Source: an uncultured Spirochaetaceae bacterium
Lineage (GTDB): Bacteria; Myxococcota_A; UBA9160; UBA4427
Assembly: GCA_964435795.1 (NCBI GenBank)
Contig: CAYTAT010000030.1
Location: forward strand, 876 to 64,875
Length of the DNA: 64,000 bases
Direction: 5' to 3'
Position 1 is the first letter of the stretch. The number at the start of each line of letters is the position of its first letter. The position numbers and the translations under genes were made by a program. This document shows positions 1 through 10,460 of the stretch, piece by piece. The notes below the pieces were generated by a model. The model was not told the DNA's origin. It saw nothing but the letters and a program-made list of their open reading frames with translations, and ran no database searches.

Positions 1-1
1 C

Positions 2-313
2 GAGGAACTCGACCGCATCGCCGGCCATGTCGGAGAGTCGGTAGGGGGCGTCGATGGCCCCGCCTTGCCTCCAGCGATCCACTCCCCCCTCGGAGTCCAG
101 GTCCGAGCCGGATTCGATCTTCGTCGTGCGCCCGCTGTCGCGATTATCGAAGAGGATCACGTAGTGGCCGCGATCGACGAGGCCCCCGTAGAAGCCTTCC
201 TCCCAGACCGCCAGGGAGGCCCCCAACCCCATGATGAGCAGGGTCGGGATGCCCTCCGCTGAGCCGAAGGTCTGGTATTCGATCGAAATTCGCTGGCATT
301 CGGCCCGGGGCAC
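2..313 (-). CDS. Alpha/beta hydrolase, N-terminal part (runs off the window start)
   Basis: Not in the ORF track. Manual translation gives MPRAECQRISIEYQTFGSAEGIPTLLIMGLGASLAVWEEGFYGGLVDRGHYVILFDNRDSGRT...PYRLSDMAGDAVEFL, with typical LIMGLG, FDNRDxG and YxLxDMAxDA motifs. GTG start with GAGGAG upstream. Confidence 0.85.
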   Translation of the reverse strand, partial: MPRAECQRISIEYQTFGSAEGIPTLLIMGLGASLAVWEEGFYGGLVDRGHYVILFDNRDSGRTTKIESGSDLDSEGGVDRWRQGGAIDAPYRLSDMAGDAVEFL

Positions 314-508
314 GGTCGTCACTCTCCTCGAGAGGGGGCGGGTTGCGGCGGGCATCATCCGGTCGATCCGCCGCCGCTGTGATAGCACAGAAACCATCGC
401 GATCAGGGGCAGTTTGTCATAGGGGCTCTCATGCAAACGGGTGGTGGCTCACGGAGGATCAGGCGGGCTAGCATGGGGGAAATTCAAGATTCAGCGAAAG
501 GTATTGCC

Positions 509-1756
509 ATGCCGATGAACGTCCAGTCGATCCCGAGCCTCTCGGATCGAATCAACCAGATCCGCATCCTGACCGCGGAAATCGTCAACAAGGAAATCCT
601 CCCCAACGAAAATCGTCTCTGGCTCTTCAATCGCGAGAACTTCAGTGAAAAAGATGTCGAGGAATCCAGAACCCTGCGCCACGAGATCCAGGCCAAGGTC
701 AAGCAGGCCGGCCTCTGGGCCCCCCATCTGCCCGATGAATATGGCGGCTGCGGGCTGAACTTTCTCGAACACGCCTATATGAATGAAGTGCTCGCCTACA
801 GCATCGGGGCGGCTTCCCTCTTTGGCGTCGTCGCACCGAATTCGGGCAACCAGAAGATCCTGCTCAAATACGGTACCGAGGAACAGCGGAAGAAGTGGTT
901 GGTCCCCCTGACCGAGGGCAAGCTCGAATCCGGATTTTCGATGACGGAGCCCGATAATGCGGGATCCGATCCCCGCTCCATCAAGACCACGGCCACGCGG
1001 GAAGGCGATGAATGGGTGATCAACGGCCATAAATGGTTCACCTCCAACGGCAAGGCCGCCGATTTCCTGATCGTGATGTGTCGCACCGACGATCCCACGG
1101 GCCCGGCCGAGCGAAACGATAAGATGACCCAGATCATCGTTCCGACGGATACTCCCGGTGTGAATATCATCCGGGGCGTCAGGGTCTGGGGGCGCAACAG
1201 CGATCACTGCGAGATCATCTACGACGATGTCCGGGTGCCCGTGGAAAATCAACTCGGACAGACCGGCTCCGGACATCAGGCGGCCCAGGATCGATTGGGT
1301 GCGGGACGCGTCTATCATTGCATGAACTCGGTCGGCCAGATGTGGCGCGCTTTCGATCTGATGGTCGAGCGCGCGGCGAGCCGCGAGGTGCACGGTGGAT
1401 TGCTCGAGACGAAACAATTCATCCACGGCTTCATCGCGGATTCCTTCATCGACCTGCAGGCCGCGCGCCTGATGACGATTCAGACCGCCGAGAAGATGGA
1501 TAGCGGTCTGGATGCGCGAACGGATATCTCGGCCCTGAAGATCTTCGTCCCCGAGGCCTTCAGCCGGGTCGCGGATCGAGCCATCCAGGTCTGGGGCGCC
1601 GCGGGGGTTTCCGGGGATCTTCCCCTGGCGGGTATGTACCAGGGGGCCCGGACTCTGCGCCTGGCCGACGGACCCGACGAGGTGCATAAGATCCTGATCG
1701 CGAAGAACGTCCTCAAGCAATACCACGGTGGGGACGGCTGGGACTTCGGGAACTAG
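509..1756 (+). CDS. Acyl-CoA dehydrogenase family protein
   Basis: FSMTEPDNAGSD, WVINGHKWFTSNG, AIQVWGAAGVS and RLADGPDEVH motifs. Start moved from 431 to ATG 509 (GAAAGG upstream). Confidence 0.93.
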   Translation: MPMNVQSIPSLSDRINQIRILTAEIVNKEILPNENRLWLFNRENFSEKDVEESRTLRHEIQAKVKQAGLWAPHLPDEYGGCGLNFLEHAYMNEVLAYSIGAASLFGVVAPNSGNQKILLKYGTEEQRKKWLVPLTEGKLESGFSMTEPDNAGSDPRSIKTTATREGDEWVINGHKWFTSNGKAADFLIVMCRTDDPTGPAERNDKMTQIIVPTDTPGVNIIRGVRVWGRNSDHCEIIYDDVRVPVENQLGQTGSGHQAAQDRLGAGRVYHCMNSVGQMWRAFDLMVERAASREVHGGLLETKQFIHGFIADSFIDLQAARLMTIQTAEKMDSGLDARTDISALKIFVPEAFSRVADRAIQVWGAAGVSGDLPLAGMYQGARTLRLADGPDEVHKILIAKNVLKQYHGGDGWDFGN

Positions 1757-1805
1757 CCCATATGCGAGGCGGAAGGGGGGGAGGTCGCAGACTTCCCCCC
1801 GCCGC

Positions 1806-4800
1806 TCAATCCCGAGAAATCGGAAGCACCTCGAAGCGCAGCGCTTCATCGCCGCGCAGGACTCGGATTTCGATCACCTCATCGGCCTTGAGGGCGTCGA
1901 GCGCGTAGGTGTAGTCGTAGATATTCTCGATGTTGCGACCCGCAACCCCTACGATGATATCCCCACCCCGCAAACCCCCGCGTTCGGCGGGGCCGCCCCG
2001 GCTGACCCCCGAGAGCGCGACCCCGGCCACGTCGCTGCGCGCGTAGTCGGGAACCGTCCCCAGGTAGACGCGGATTCCCGACGGTGCGGGATGGTTGCCC
2101 GCGGAGCTGGCCGGCACGAAGTCCGGCCCCTGCTGCGCGCTCGCCAGGGAAAAGGCGATCTCTCCCATCAGGCTCGCGATCTCTTCCATCCCCTGGTAGT
2201 CGAGTTTTTCAGCGCTATCCCGGGGCGTGTGGTAGTCGTCATGGGATCCGGTGAAAGCGGAAAGGATCGGGGCGCCACGACTGAAGAATGCCGTGGCGTC
2301 GGTGGGCAGCGAACTCTCCTCCTGGGGGGAGATCGGCATTCCGACCCGCACGTTGGCCCGCTCGATCTCGCGTTCCCAGCCATTGCTCGATCCCACTCCG
2401 AAGAGGGAGAGGGAGTCCCGCATACGGCCCACCATATCGAAGTTCAGGTAGGCGATAACGTGATCCGAGAATTCTTCCTCCTCGGAGTGGGGGTCTACGA
2501 CGCGATCCGTCCACCAACTCGATCCCAGCAGGCCGAGTTCCTCCCCCGACCAGGCCGCGAAGACGATGTCGCGTCGCGGCTGGAATCGGCCCTGCCGGAA
2601 ATCGGTTGAGAGCTTCTCGGCCACTTCGAGCAGCGCCGCCACTCCCGAAGCGTTGTCGTCCGCACCGGGATGGATGGCGCCCTTTTCCTCTTCCCGGGCC
2701 AGGGATGAAGAACTCTCTCCCCGTCCCAGATGATCGACATGGGCCCCCATGACGAGGATTTCCTGACTCTTCTCCGGGCCCATCTGCAGGCGTCCGATCA
2801 CATTGCGCCCGCTCTTCCGCTCGGTTTCGAGAGCGACCCGGGCCGAGATCCGAAGTCCCGGGACGCTGAATCCGGGCCGATCGCTGCCGGCATCGGCCGC
2901 ATCCTGCAAAGCTTCGAGATTCTTGCTGCCGCCGCCCAGCCAATCCGACGCCAGGGAGTCGGAGATCGAGAGGGCCATGATGGAACTGCCCGCCAGGGAG
3001 ACGTCGAAGCGCAGGGGAACCAATTCTTCCCGAACCCGCGAATTCGGCCCGCTGACCACGATCAGTCCCAGCGCCCCATGGTCGCGCGCGAGCATGGCCT
3101 TGTAGCGCAGACTCGCGTAGCGGTGGAGGTGCTGGCGCGTCTCGGCGGAGATATTTTCGGGCATGTAGCGAAAGACGAGTACCCAGCTGCCCTCGACGTC
3201 GAGTTCCGCGTAATGATCGATGGCCCGCTGGCCGTCGGCCGCGGGGGCCACGATACCGTAATTCGCGTATACGACTGGCGCGGCCTCGCTCTCCCCCGAG
3301 CGGGAGAATGCGAAGGGGCGCCAATCCCGATCCACCTCGAATACCCGCGTCGCTTCGCCGTCGTCGTATTCTGCGCGCAGGCGATTGCCATCGCCCAGGG
3401 AGACCCCCGCCGTGAAGCCGAAATTCTGGAAGTAGGACTCGTCGTCCCCGTCGGGCTCGAGGCCGATGGCTCGGAAGGCCCGGGCCACGTAGCTGGTGGC
3501 GATTCGTTCCCCCGCCGTTCCCGTCAGCCGGCCCTCGGTGATTTCGCTGCTGAGGGCTCGGACGTGAGCCCGCAGATCCTCTCGGGAGACGGCGGGATCC
3601 GTTTCCTCGGGCAGGGCGAGCAGGGCCGCGGCCGAGGGCCCGCGGGTGGCGGGCAGGTCGAGGAGTTCACGGGCCAGGTCATCGTTCCAATCCGCCCGAA
3701 AGAGTTGCGAGCGATTGTCCTGGCTTCGGTTGCTGGTCCAGATCAACTGCTTTCCATCCGGGGAAAAGACCGGCAGCCCGTCGAATCCCTCCGTTCGGGT
3801 GACCCGGACGGGGGCGTGTTCGCCGCGGCTGTCGACGATATAGAGTTCGAAGTTGGCGTGTCCCTGGAGGTTGGTCGTGAAGATCAGATATTCGCCCGAG
3901 GGGTGGTAGAAGGGGGCCCAGGACATGGCGCCGAGGTCGGTGATCCGTTGCAGATCGCCGCCATCCGTCCGCATGCTGAAGATCTCCGCCGTCGCATGGT
4001 CGGCGGAAAAACGCCGCCAGACGATTCGCTGGCCATCGGGGCTGAAGAAGGGGCCGCCATCGTAGCCGTGATGATCGGTCAGGCGACGCAGATTGCGCCC
4101 GTCGGCGTCCATCAGATAGAGCTCGATGAAGAGCGAGGGATCGTCTTCGAGCGCTTGGCGGTCCACCCCAGAATCCGCCTCGTAGGCGTGGCGATTCGAC
4201 GCAAAGACGATCTGGCGCCCATTCGGCGACCAGGAGGCCTCGGCATCGTAGCCGAGGGCCGGGCCCAGGGGCGTCGGGGGAGTGGGCTCCGGAGAGGCGG
4301 CTGCCGCGGCTTCGGATGGGCCCCCGGTCGCGGGAAGGTCGACGCTGAAGAGATCGTAGTTTTCGTCGTAATCCCAGGCGTAGCGGCGCTCCTTCCCGGA
4401 TTCGCGCTGCTTCCATTCGGCCTCCTGCTTGGCCTCGGCCTCGGGGTCGAGGTGGGTGGAGGCGAAGAGTGCCCTGCGTCCGCCGGGGTGAATCCAGGCG
4501 CAGGTGGTCTTGCCCCGGCCCGGGGAGATCCGCGTCGTTTCCCCGCTGCCGAGATCCAGGAGATAGATCTGGTAGAAGGGATTGTCGGCTTCCCGCTCGC
4601 TCTGGAAGATCAGTCTATCGCCATCCCGGGAGAAGTAGCCCTCGCCCGAGCGACGTCCCTCGAAGCTCAGCTGATGGGTGCCGGCCAGCAGCGGAGTGGC
4701 GGCGAGCCCGGGAGTGGGGGAGGGCTTCGGGGCCGGCATGGGGGATTTTGTCGCGCAGGCGAAGAGGCCCGGCACGAGGGCCAGAAGACAGGGAATGAGG

Positions 4801-4829
4801 GACGTTCGCAGAGCGCGGGCTCGCGGCAT
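1806..4829 (-). CDS. Lipoprotein: TolB-like (PD40) beta-propeller + PA domain + M28 aminopeptidase + C-terminal PDZ
   Basis: Signal ending LFAC; PD40 repeats (FSRDG, WSPNG, FSPDG); M28 ligands GAHVDH, GADDNASG, SGEELG, NFDMVG, HDDYH; PDZ YLGTVPDY...GGPAERGGLRGGDII. Confidence 0.9.
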   Translation of the reverse strand: MPRARALRTSLIPCLLALVPGLFACATKSPMPAPKPSPTPGLAATPLLAGTHQLSFEGRRSGEGYFSRDGDRLIFQSEREADNPFYQIYLLDLGSGETTRISPGRGKTTCAWIHPGGRRALFASTHLDPEAEAKQEAEWKQRESGKERRYAWDYDENYDLFSVDLPATGGPSEAAAAASPEPTPPTPLGPALGYDAEASWSPNGRQIVFASNRHAYEADSGVDRQALEDDPSLFIELYLMDADGRNLRRLTDHHGYDGGPFFSPDGQRIVWRRFSADHATAEIFSMRTDGGDLQRITDLGAMSWAPFYHPSGEYLIFTTNLQGHANFELYIVDSRGEHAPVRVTRTEGFDGLPVFSPDGKQLIWTSNRSQDNRSQLFRADWNDDLARELLDLPATRGPSAAALLALPEETDPAVSREDLRAHVRALSSEITEGRLTGTAGERIATSYVARAFRAIGLEPDGDDESYFQNFGFTAGVSLGDGNRLRAEYDDGEATRVFEVDRDWRPFAFSRSGESEAAPVVYANYGIVAPAADGQRAIDHYAELDVEGSWVLVFRYMPENISAETRQHLHRYASLRYKAMLARDHGALGLIVVSGPNSRVREELVPLRFDVSLAGSSIMALSISDSLASDWLGGGSKNLEALQDAADAGSDRPGFSVPGLRISARVALETERKSGRNVIGRLQMGPEKSQEILVMGAHVDHLGRGESSSSLAREEEKGAIHPGADDNASGVAALLEVAEKLSTDFRQGRFQPRRDIVFAAWSGEELGLLGSSWWTDRVVDPHSEEEEFSDHVIAYLNFDMVGRMRDSLSLFGVGSSNGWEREIERANVRVGMPISPQEESSLPTDATAFFSRGAPILSAFTGSHDDYHTPRDSAEKLDYQGMEEIASLMGEIAFSLASAQQGPDFVPASSAGNHPAPSGIRVYLGTVPDYARSDVAGVALSGVSRGGPAERGGLRGGDIIVGVAGRNIENIYDYTYALDALKADEVIEIRVLRGDEALRFEVLPISRD

Positions 4830-5135
4830 GCTGGGATCCGATCCGGGGCTGGTCAGCAGGGGTCGGATTCTCGCCGAGTGGCCGCCCGGTCGCAAGCGGT
4901 CTCGCCCCCCCCAGGTTCAATCCCCTGGCCCCGCCGCAAGGGGCGGCCTGGCGCTTTGCGAAGAGCTTTCGCCTCGCGGGGGCATCCGCGAGGCAGATAA
5001 AGCGATCCCGCCATGGCGATCAACCCTGGGAGCGACTAAATAGAGGTCTCCCCGAACTCGGACGGTGCTGCCGACGGCCGGTCTTTCGAGGCGAATCATG
5101 CAGCGCTCCGATGGCCTCGGGGCGAGAAGAGGATC

Positions 5136-6215
5136 GTGAGTATGCTTCATCGGACAGACGATCTGCGGATCGAAGGGCTGCGCCCCCTGATTGCCCCCGC
5201 CATCCTGATGGAGGATTTGCCCATCACCGAGGCGATCTCCGCCACGGTCGCCAACGAGAGGGAGGCGATTGCGAAAATTCTCCGGGGTGAGGATGATCGG
5301 CTGCTGGTGGTCGTCGGGCCCTGCTCGATCCACGATCCCGTCGCGGGTCTCGAATACGCGCAGCGCCTGGCCGAGAAAAGGAGTGCCCTGGCCGCGGATC
5401 TTTGCCTCGTGATGCGCGTTTATTTCGAGAAGCCGCGGACGACGGTCGGCTGGAAGGGCCTGATCAACGATCCGAATCTCGACGGGAGTTTCGTGATCAA
5501 TCGCGGTCTGCGCATGGCCCGCCGCTTTCTCCTCGACGTGCTCGGCCTGGGGCTGCCTGCGGGCAGCGAATTCCTCGATCCCATCATGCCGCAATTCTAC
5601 GCGGATCTGGTGAGTTGGGGGGCCATTGGCGCGAGGACCTCGGAGAGCCAGGTGCATCGGGAATTGGCCTCGGGTCTTTCGATGCCCGTCGGATTCAAGA
5701 ATGCCACGGACGGCAATGTCGAGGTGGCCATCGATGGCATCTGCTCCAGCGCGAATGCCCATCATTTTCTTTCCGTGACCAAGCAGGGTGTCGCCGCCAT
5801 CGTGGCCACCCGCGGCAATCCCGATTGCCATGTGATCCTGCGCGGCGGAGCGAGCGGGCCCAACTACTCGGAAGAGGCCATCGCGTCGGTGGTGGAAGAG
5901 ATCGAGTCCCGGGGTTTGATCGGCCGGGTGATGGTGGACTGCAGCCATGCGAATAGCGGCAAGGATCACGAGGTTCAGCCCCAAGTCGCCGCGAATCTGG
6001 GGGGGCAGGTCGCCGCGGGGAGCGAGAAGATCTCCGGCTTGATGCTCGAGAGCTTCCTCGTCGCCGGTCAGCAGAATCATGACGAGACTTCCGACTCGCC
6101 CGCCGAACTCGTCCACGGTCAGAGCATCACCGATGCCTGCATGGGCTGGGAGGCCACGGTGGCGGCGCTCGACGATCTGGCGGCCGGCGTGCGCAGTCGC
6201 CGGCAGGGCGCCTGA
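5136..6215 (+). CDS. aroG: 3-deoxy-7-phosphoheptulonate (DAHP) synthase, class I-alpha
   Basis: GPCSIHD, RVYFEKPRTTVGWKGLINDP, GAIGARTSESQVHRE and DCSHANS motifs. The feedback isoform (AroF/G/H) cannot be determined. Confidence 0.93.
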   Translation: MSMLHRTDDLRIEGLRPLIAPAILMEDLPITEAISATVANEREAIAKILRGEDDRLLVVVGPCSIHDPVAGLEYAQRLAEKRSALAADLCLVMRVYFEKPRTTVGWKGLINDPNLDGSFVINRGLRMARRFLLDVLGLGLPAGSEFLDPIMPQFYADLVSWGAIGARTSESQVHRELASGLSMPVGFKNATDGNVEVAIDGICSSANAHHFLSVTKQGVAAIVATRGNPDCHVILRGGASGPNYSEEAIASVVEEIESRGLIGRVMVDCSHANSGKDHEVQPQVAANLGGQVAAGSEKISGLMLESFLVAGQQNHDETSDSPAELVHGQSITDACMGWEATVAALDDLAAGVRSRRQGA

Positions 6216-6234
6216 GGCGCGAGGCCGACCCCGC

Positions 6235-6501
6235 TCAGCCCCCTGCGGCCGCCTTGACGAAGCTGATGCGATCGCCCGCCCGGAGGGGGGTCTGCATGCC
6301 CTTGAGGCGATGGACCAGGACGCCATTCACCGCCACGGCCGCCACCCGGACGAGTTTCTCGAAGTCATGCCCTTCGTTCTTGAAGCGTTCTTCGACGAGG
6401 CGGAAGACGTCGGCCACCGTATCGGCCCCCGAGGCGATCTCGAAGGGATTCTCCCCGATCTTCCTGGCCATATCGTAGGTCAGCTGCACCTTGATGCTCA
6501 T
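6235..6501 (-). CDS. MoaD/ThiS family sulfur carrier
   Basis: 88 aa ubiquitin-like protein, VAVNG...TPLRAGDRISFVKAAAGG, ending in di-Gly, directly downstream of AOR. Confidence 0.88.
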   Translation of the reverse strand: MSIKVQLTYDMARKIGENPFEIASGADTVADVFRLVEERFKNEGHDFEKLVRVAAVAVNGVLVHRLKGMQTPLRAGDRISFVKAAAGG

Positions 6502-6517
6502 AGGCCCCCTTCCATGA

Positions 6518-8395
6518 TCAGATGCGCAGCCGCAATTTTTCCAGCGTACGGGTCGTCGGAATGCCGTCGGAATCCCAGCCCCTTAGTTGGTAATAGCGGG
6601 GCAGCAATTCGCTGAGGGGATGCCCGCCGCTGGCGCCGGGAAAGCTGGCTTCATTCAGGATGCGCCCGGGCAGGGTGTCGTCCTCGGAGGTGAAGCCCTC
6701 GCGCAGGTTGTACATACGCTCCAGGTTGAAGATCCGCGCCCCGATTTCCTGCAGGTGTCCACCGGATAGAGGCTCGCCCGTGATGTAGGTCAACCATTTT
6801 TCCCACCAGAGCATGGGCCTGCTCTTGAAGCCCATGAAGGTGCGAAAGAGGGGCCCGAGATTTTCCATCAGCGTGGAAAGGGAGCGATGGGTCAGGGATT
6901 TGGGATCCATGTTGTGGATGGCCGCGGGAAAGAGGCCGTAGGTGGAGAAGATGCAGAGCACCATGGAATTGATCGCACAGCCGAGGTTCTGCTGGATCAC
7001 GGGGATATCGGCCTTCAATTTCAGGTTCCGGGGGTTGATGGTCAGAGGTCCGACCGATTCCATGTACATACTTGCGCCCTGGACGTGGCAACCGCCCCGA
7101 TTCGTGGTCGCGTATTCGACACCCTGGGCATAGGAGCCCCGGGGATCGTAGGCCGAGAGTTCGAGTCCCTTGACGTGCATGGCGAATTCCGCGCCGCCAA
7201 ATCGTTCCGCCATGCGTTTCGTGCCCTCGGCGAGGATGTCCCCATCTCCCCGGCGGTATCCGATATCCCGGATCAATTCGCTGATTCCGGCCGGATCCCC
7301 GAAGGCCACCCGGGCCGAGAACATTCCCTTTTCCTGGAGTTCCATCGCAAAGCTGAGCGTCGCCCCCAGGCTGATCGTATCCATGCCGAGATCGTCGGCG
7401 AGGTAGTTCCACTCGTTGATATGCTTGAGATCGCCGATTTCGAGGTTCGTTCCGAGCAGCGCCAGGGTTTCGTATTCCGGGCCCTTGACCTTGCCCACGC
7501 CCTCGACTTCCACCTGCCGGCCGCAGGTGACCGGGCAGTGCATGCAACTGCTCTTGATGCCGACGAGTTCGTGATCCTCCATATACTCGCCCGAAATCTG
7601 CATCGCCTTCTCGAAGTATCCGTATTTGAAATTGCGAGTGGGGATGATGTTCCGGGCATTCGTCGTATTGACGATGCTCCCCGTACCGAAGCGCTTCATC
7701 GACTCTCCGAGGACGGGATGCTCTGCGAAGAGTTCTCGAATCGTCTGCGTATAGGCCTTGAAGGCTTCGGGATCCTCCATTTCGAGCTTGCGGCCGCCGT
7801 TCATGCTGATGGCCTTGAGATTCTTATCGCCCATGACTGCGCCCACGCCTGTTCTTCCCGCGATTCTCTCGTCGGAGACGATGCCCGCATAACGGACCCG
7901 ATTTTCCCCCGCAGGCCCGATCACGGCATGCTTCAACTTCTTGCCGAGGATGGATTGGGTCTCGTAGGTGCCCTTGCCCCAGAGATCCTCGGCGTCGATG
8001 AAGCGGATATCGTCATTCTCGATTTCGATGCGAAGGGGCCTGGCCGAGCGCCCGAGCAGGATCAGGATATCGACGCCCGCCCGCTTCATCGCATACGCGA
8101 AGGATCCGCCGCAAGTCGCGTTTCCGATGCCTCCTGTGAGGGGGCTCTTGCAGATGACGGCGAAACGATTGCTCTGGGGAGCGACGGATCCGTTGAGGGG
8201 GCCGGTGGCGAAGATCAGGGGGTTGGCGGGAGAGAGAGGGTCGATGCCGCTCTCGGTCAGGTCGTAGAGAAGGCGCGTGCCGTAGCCCTTGCCCCCGATG
8301 TAGAGGCGGGCAATGTCTTCGTCCAGGGCCTTGTATCGATGGCTTTGTGTGGATAGATCGATTTCCAGGATACGGCCCGCATAGCCCTTGATCAT
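6518..8395 (-). CDS. aor: Tungsten-containing aldehyde:ferredoxin oxidoreductase (AOR/WOR family)
   Basis: Starts MIKGYAGRILEIDLS (AGGAG RBS); KSPLTGG, GRTGVGAVMGDKNLKAI, CMHCPVTC, GPEYET, DDLGMDTIS and NRGGCH motifs. The ORF-track extension to 8863 is spurious. Confidence 0.93.
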   Translation of the reverse strand: MIKGYAGRILEIDLSTQSHRYKALDEDIARLYIGGKGYGTRLLYDLTESGIDPLSPANPLIFATGPLNGSVAPQSNRFAVICKSPLTGGIGNATCGGSFAYAMKRAGVDILILLGRSARPLRIEIENDDIRFIDAEDLWGKGTYETQSILGKKLKHAVIGPAGENRVRYAGIVSDERIAGRTGVGAVMGDKNLKAISMNGGRKLEMEDPEAFKAYTQTIRELFAEHPVLGESMKRFGTGSIVNTTNARNIIPTRNFKYGYFEKAMQISGEYMEDHELVGIKSSCMHCPVTCGRQVEVEGVGKVKGPEYETLALLGTNLEIGDLKHINEWNYLADDLGMDTISLGATLSFAMELQEKGMFSARVAFGDPAGISELIRDIGYRRGDGDILAEGTKRMAERFGGAEFAMHVKGLELSAYDPRGSYAQGVEYATTNRGGCHVQGASMYMESVGPLTINPRNLKLKADIPVIQQNLGCAINSMVLCIFSTYGLFPAAIHNMDPKSLTHRSLSTLMENLGPLFRTFMGFKSRPMLWWEKWLTYITGEPLSGGHLQEIGARIFNLERMYNLREGFTSEDDTLPGRILNEASFPGASGGHPLSELLPRYYQLRGWDSDGIPTTRTLEKLRLRI

Positions 8396-8457
8396 GGAGT
8401 TTCTCCTGACTCGCCTCTGTCGCTGTCGCCGGCCTCTCGAGCCGAGGCGGCCGGCGT

Positions 8458-10458
8458 CTAGCGGACCTCCAGCAGGGGTTGCCCTTCTTCGACCTGCTGA
8501 TCGAGCACGGCCGAGAGTTCCTCCACCGTGCCGGAGATCGCTGCCTGCAGGGTATATTCCATCTTCATGGCCTCGAGTAGGAGGAGGGGCTGGCCCCGCT
8601 CGACTCGATCCCCTTCGCGGACCAGGATCCCCGTGATCTTTCCCGGCATCGGGGCATGCACGCTTCCCCCGGCCGAGCCCGTCTCCTCGGTCTGGATCTT
8701 CTCGGCGAGTGGCTCGAGCAAAAGACCGTATACGCCCATCCGCATATGGATCTTTTCGCCGCTCGTCACGCAGAGGGCCCGGCATGCGATGCCGTCCAGG
8801 ATTCCGGAAACGTGAACTCCCTCGATCGCCGGATTCCGGACCACCACCGCGCGATTCTCCCATTCCAGGGTGATGGCTTCGGCGCTGAGATGTACCGAAA
8901 CTTCGATCTTCTGGCGGGCGCGACGAAGCCGGAGTCGATCGAATCCATCCTCATTCAGGCGGAAAGAATCCGTCCTGGCCCAGGGCGAGTAGGGGTCTGC
9001 GCCCGCTTGTGGAAAGCCCGAGCGCTCCCTTTCGATCAGGATCGCCACGCATGCCAGGGCGATGAGTTTATCATCGGCCCGAGCGAGGGCCGCCGCGAGG
9101 GCCGCATCGTGGTCCGAGATGAAGGCCGTATCGAAATGAGCGGCCCGAAAAGCCGGGTGTCCGGAGACCGCGTGCAGGAAGGCGAGATTCGTCGTGACTC
9201 CGACGATTTCGTAGCTCTCGAGGGCCGCGTGCAGCCTTTCGAGTGCGCGCAGTCGATTGCGATCGTGCACGATCAACTTCGAGATCATGGGATCGTAGTG
9301 GATGCCGACTTCGTCGCCCTCGGCCACCCCCGCATCGACCCGGATGCCCCTCTCTTCGGCCGGGGGCCGGTGGCGGAGCAGGCGTCCCGTCTGGGGCAGA
9401 AAGCGCCGGGACGCGTCCTCGGCATAGACGCGGACCTCGATGGCGTGGCCCTCGATATGCAACTCCTCCTGGCGGCGGGGCAGGGCCTCGCCCGCCGCGA
9501 CCCGCAGCTGCCATTCGACGAGATCCTCGCCCGTGATGGCTTCGGTAATGGGATGTTCGACCTGGAGCCGGGTATTCATCTCCATGAAATAGAAGGGGGC
9601 TTCGTCGATTCCCCGACTCACGTCGACGATGAATTCCACGGTCCCCGCTCCGCGATAATCGATGGCCCGAGTCGCCCGAAGGGCCGCCTCGGCCAGGTCC
9701 GCGCGCAGAATTGCGGGAAGGTTCGGGGCCGGGGCTTCCTCGAGGATCTTCTGATGGCGTCTTTGAATCGAGCAATCCCTCTCGAAGAGGTGGACCGCGT
9801 TGCCATGGTCATCGGCGAAAACCTGAACCTCGATATGACGCGAGCGTTCGAGCCATCTTTCGAGCAGCAGTCGGGGATCCCCGAAAGCGGATTCGGCCTC
9901 CCGGCGCGCTTCTTCCAGCGCGGCTTCGAGTGCTTCGGGCCGGCCGACCCGACGCATGCCCCGACCGCCGCCCCCCGCGATGGCCTTCACGAGCAGCGGG
10001 TAGCCGATCCGTTCGGCTGCGGCCTTCAGATCTCCGAGTTCGAGATTCTCCGCATGCTCCCCCGGTACGACGGGAACGCCCGCGGCCTCCATTCTCCGCT
10101 TGGCCTCGTCCTTCAACCCCATGGCCCGGATCGAATCGGCCGTGGGCCCCACGAAGCGAATGCCGGCCGTTTCGCAGGCCTCGGAGAAATCAGCATTCTC
10201 GGAGAGAAAGCCATAACCCGGGTGGATCGCGTCGGCCCCGCTGCTCTGGGCCGCCGCCAGGATCTTTTCGCCGCGTAGATAACTTTCACCAATCGGCGCG
10301 GCACCGATCGGAATCGCGCGATCCGCCAGCTGCATATGGGGGGCGTCGGAATCGGCCTCGGAATAAACGGCCACCGTTTGGATGCCCATTTTGCGGGCGG
10401 TTCGCATGATCCGGCAGGCGATTTCGCCGCGGTTTGCAATCAGCAGGGTCTCGAACAT
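8458..10458 (-). CDS. liuD: 3-methylcrotonyl-CoA carboxylase alpha subunit (biotin carboxylase + BCCP)
   Basis: LIANRGEIA, HPGYGFLSEN, ERDCSIQRRHQK, EMNTRLQVEHP and the biotinylation site EAMKME; adjacent to an MCC-type beta subunit. Confidence 0.88.
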   Translation of the reverse strand: MFETLLIANRGEIACRIMRTARKMGIQTVAVYSEADSDAPHMQLADRAIPIGAAPIGESYLRGEKILAAAQSSGADAIHPGYGFLSENADFSEACETAGIRFVGPTADSIRAMGLKDEAKRRMEAAGVPVVPGEHAENLELGDLKAAAERIGYPLLVKAIAGGGGRGMRRVGRPEALEAALEEARREAESAFGDPRLLLERWLERSRHIEVQVFADDHGNAVHLFERDCSIQRRHQKILEEAPAPNLPAILRADLAEAALRATRAIDYRGAGTVEFIVDVSRGIDEAPFYFMEMNTRLQVEHPITEAITGEDLVEWQLRVAAGEALPRRQEELHIEGHAIEVRVYAEDASRRFLPQTGRLLRHRPPAEERGIRVDAGVAEGDEVGIHYDPMISKLIVHDRNRLRALERLHAALESYEIVGVTTNLAFLHAVSGHPAFRAAHFDTAFISDHDAALAAALARADDKLIALACVAILIERERSGFPQAGADPYSPWARTDSFRLNEDGFDRLRLRRARQKIEVSVHLSAEAITLEWENRAVVVRNPAIEGVHVSGILDGIACRALCVTSGEKIHMRMGVYGLLLEPLAEKIQTEETGSAGGSVHAPMPGKITGILVREGDRVERGQPLLLLEAMKMEYTLQAAISGTVEELSAVLDQQVEEGQPLLEVR

Positions 10459-10460
10459 GA

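Noticed and set aside
491-5000. Long antisense ORFs (e.g. 491-1849, 2730-5000; also 6887-8356, 10599-12344, 23172-25046)
   Set aside because: Shadow frames of well-supported genes in GC-rich DNA; no recognisable motifs.
8396-8863. 156-aa N-terminal extension of AOR in the ORF track
   Set aside because: Overlaps liuD in another frame; RBS and family N-terminus support ATG 8395.
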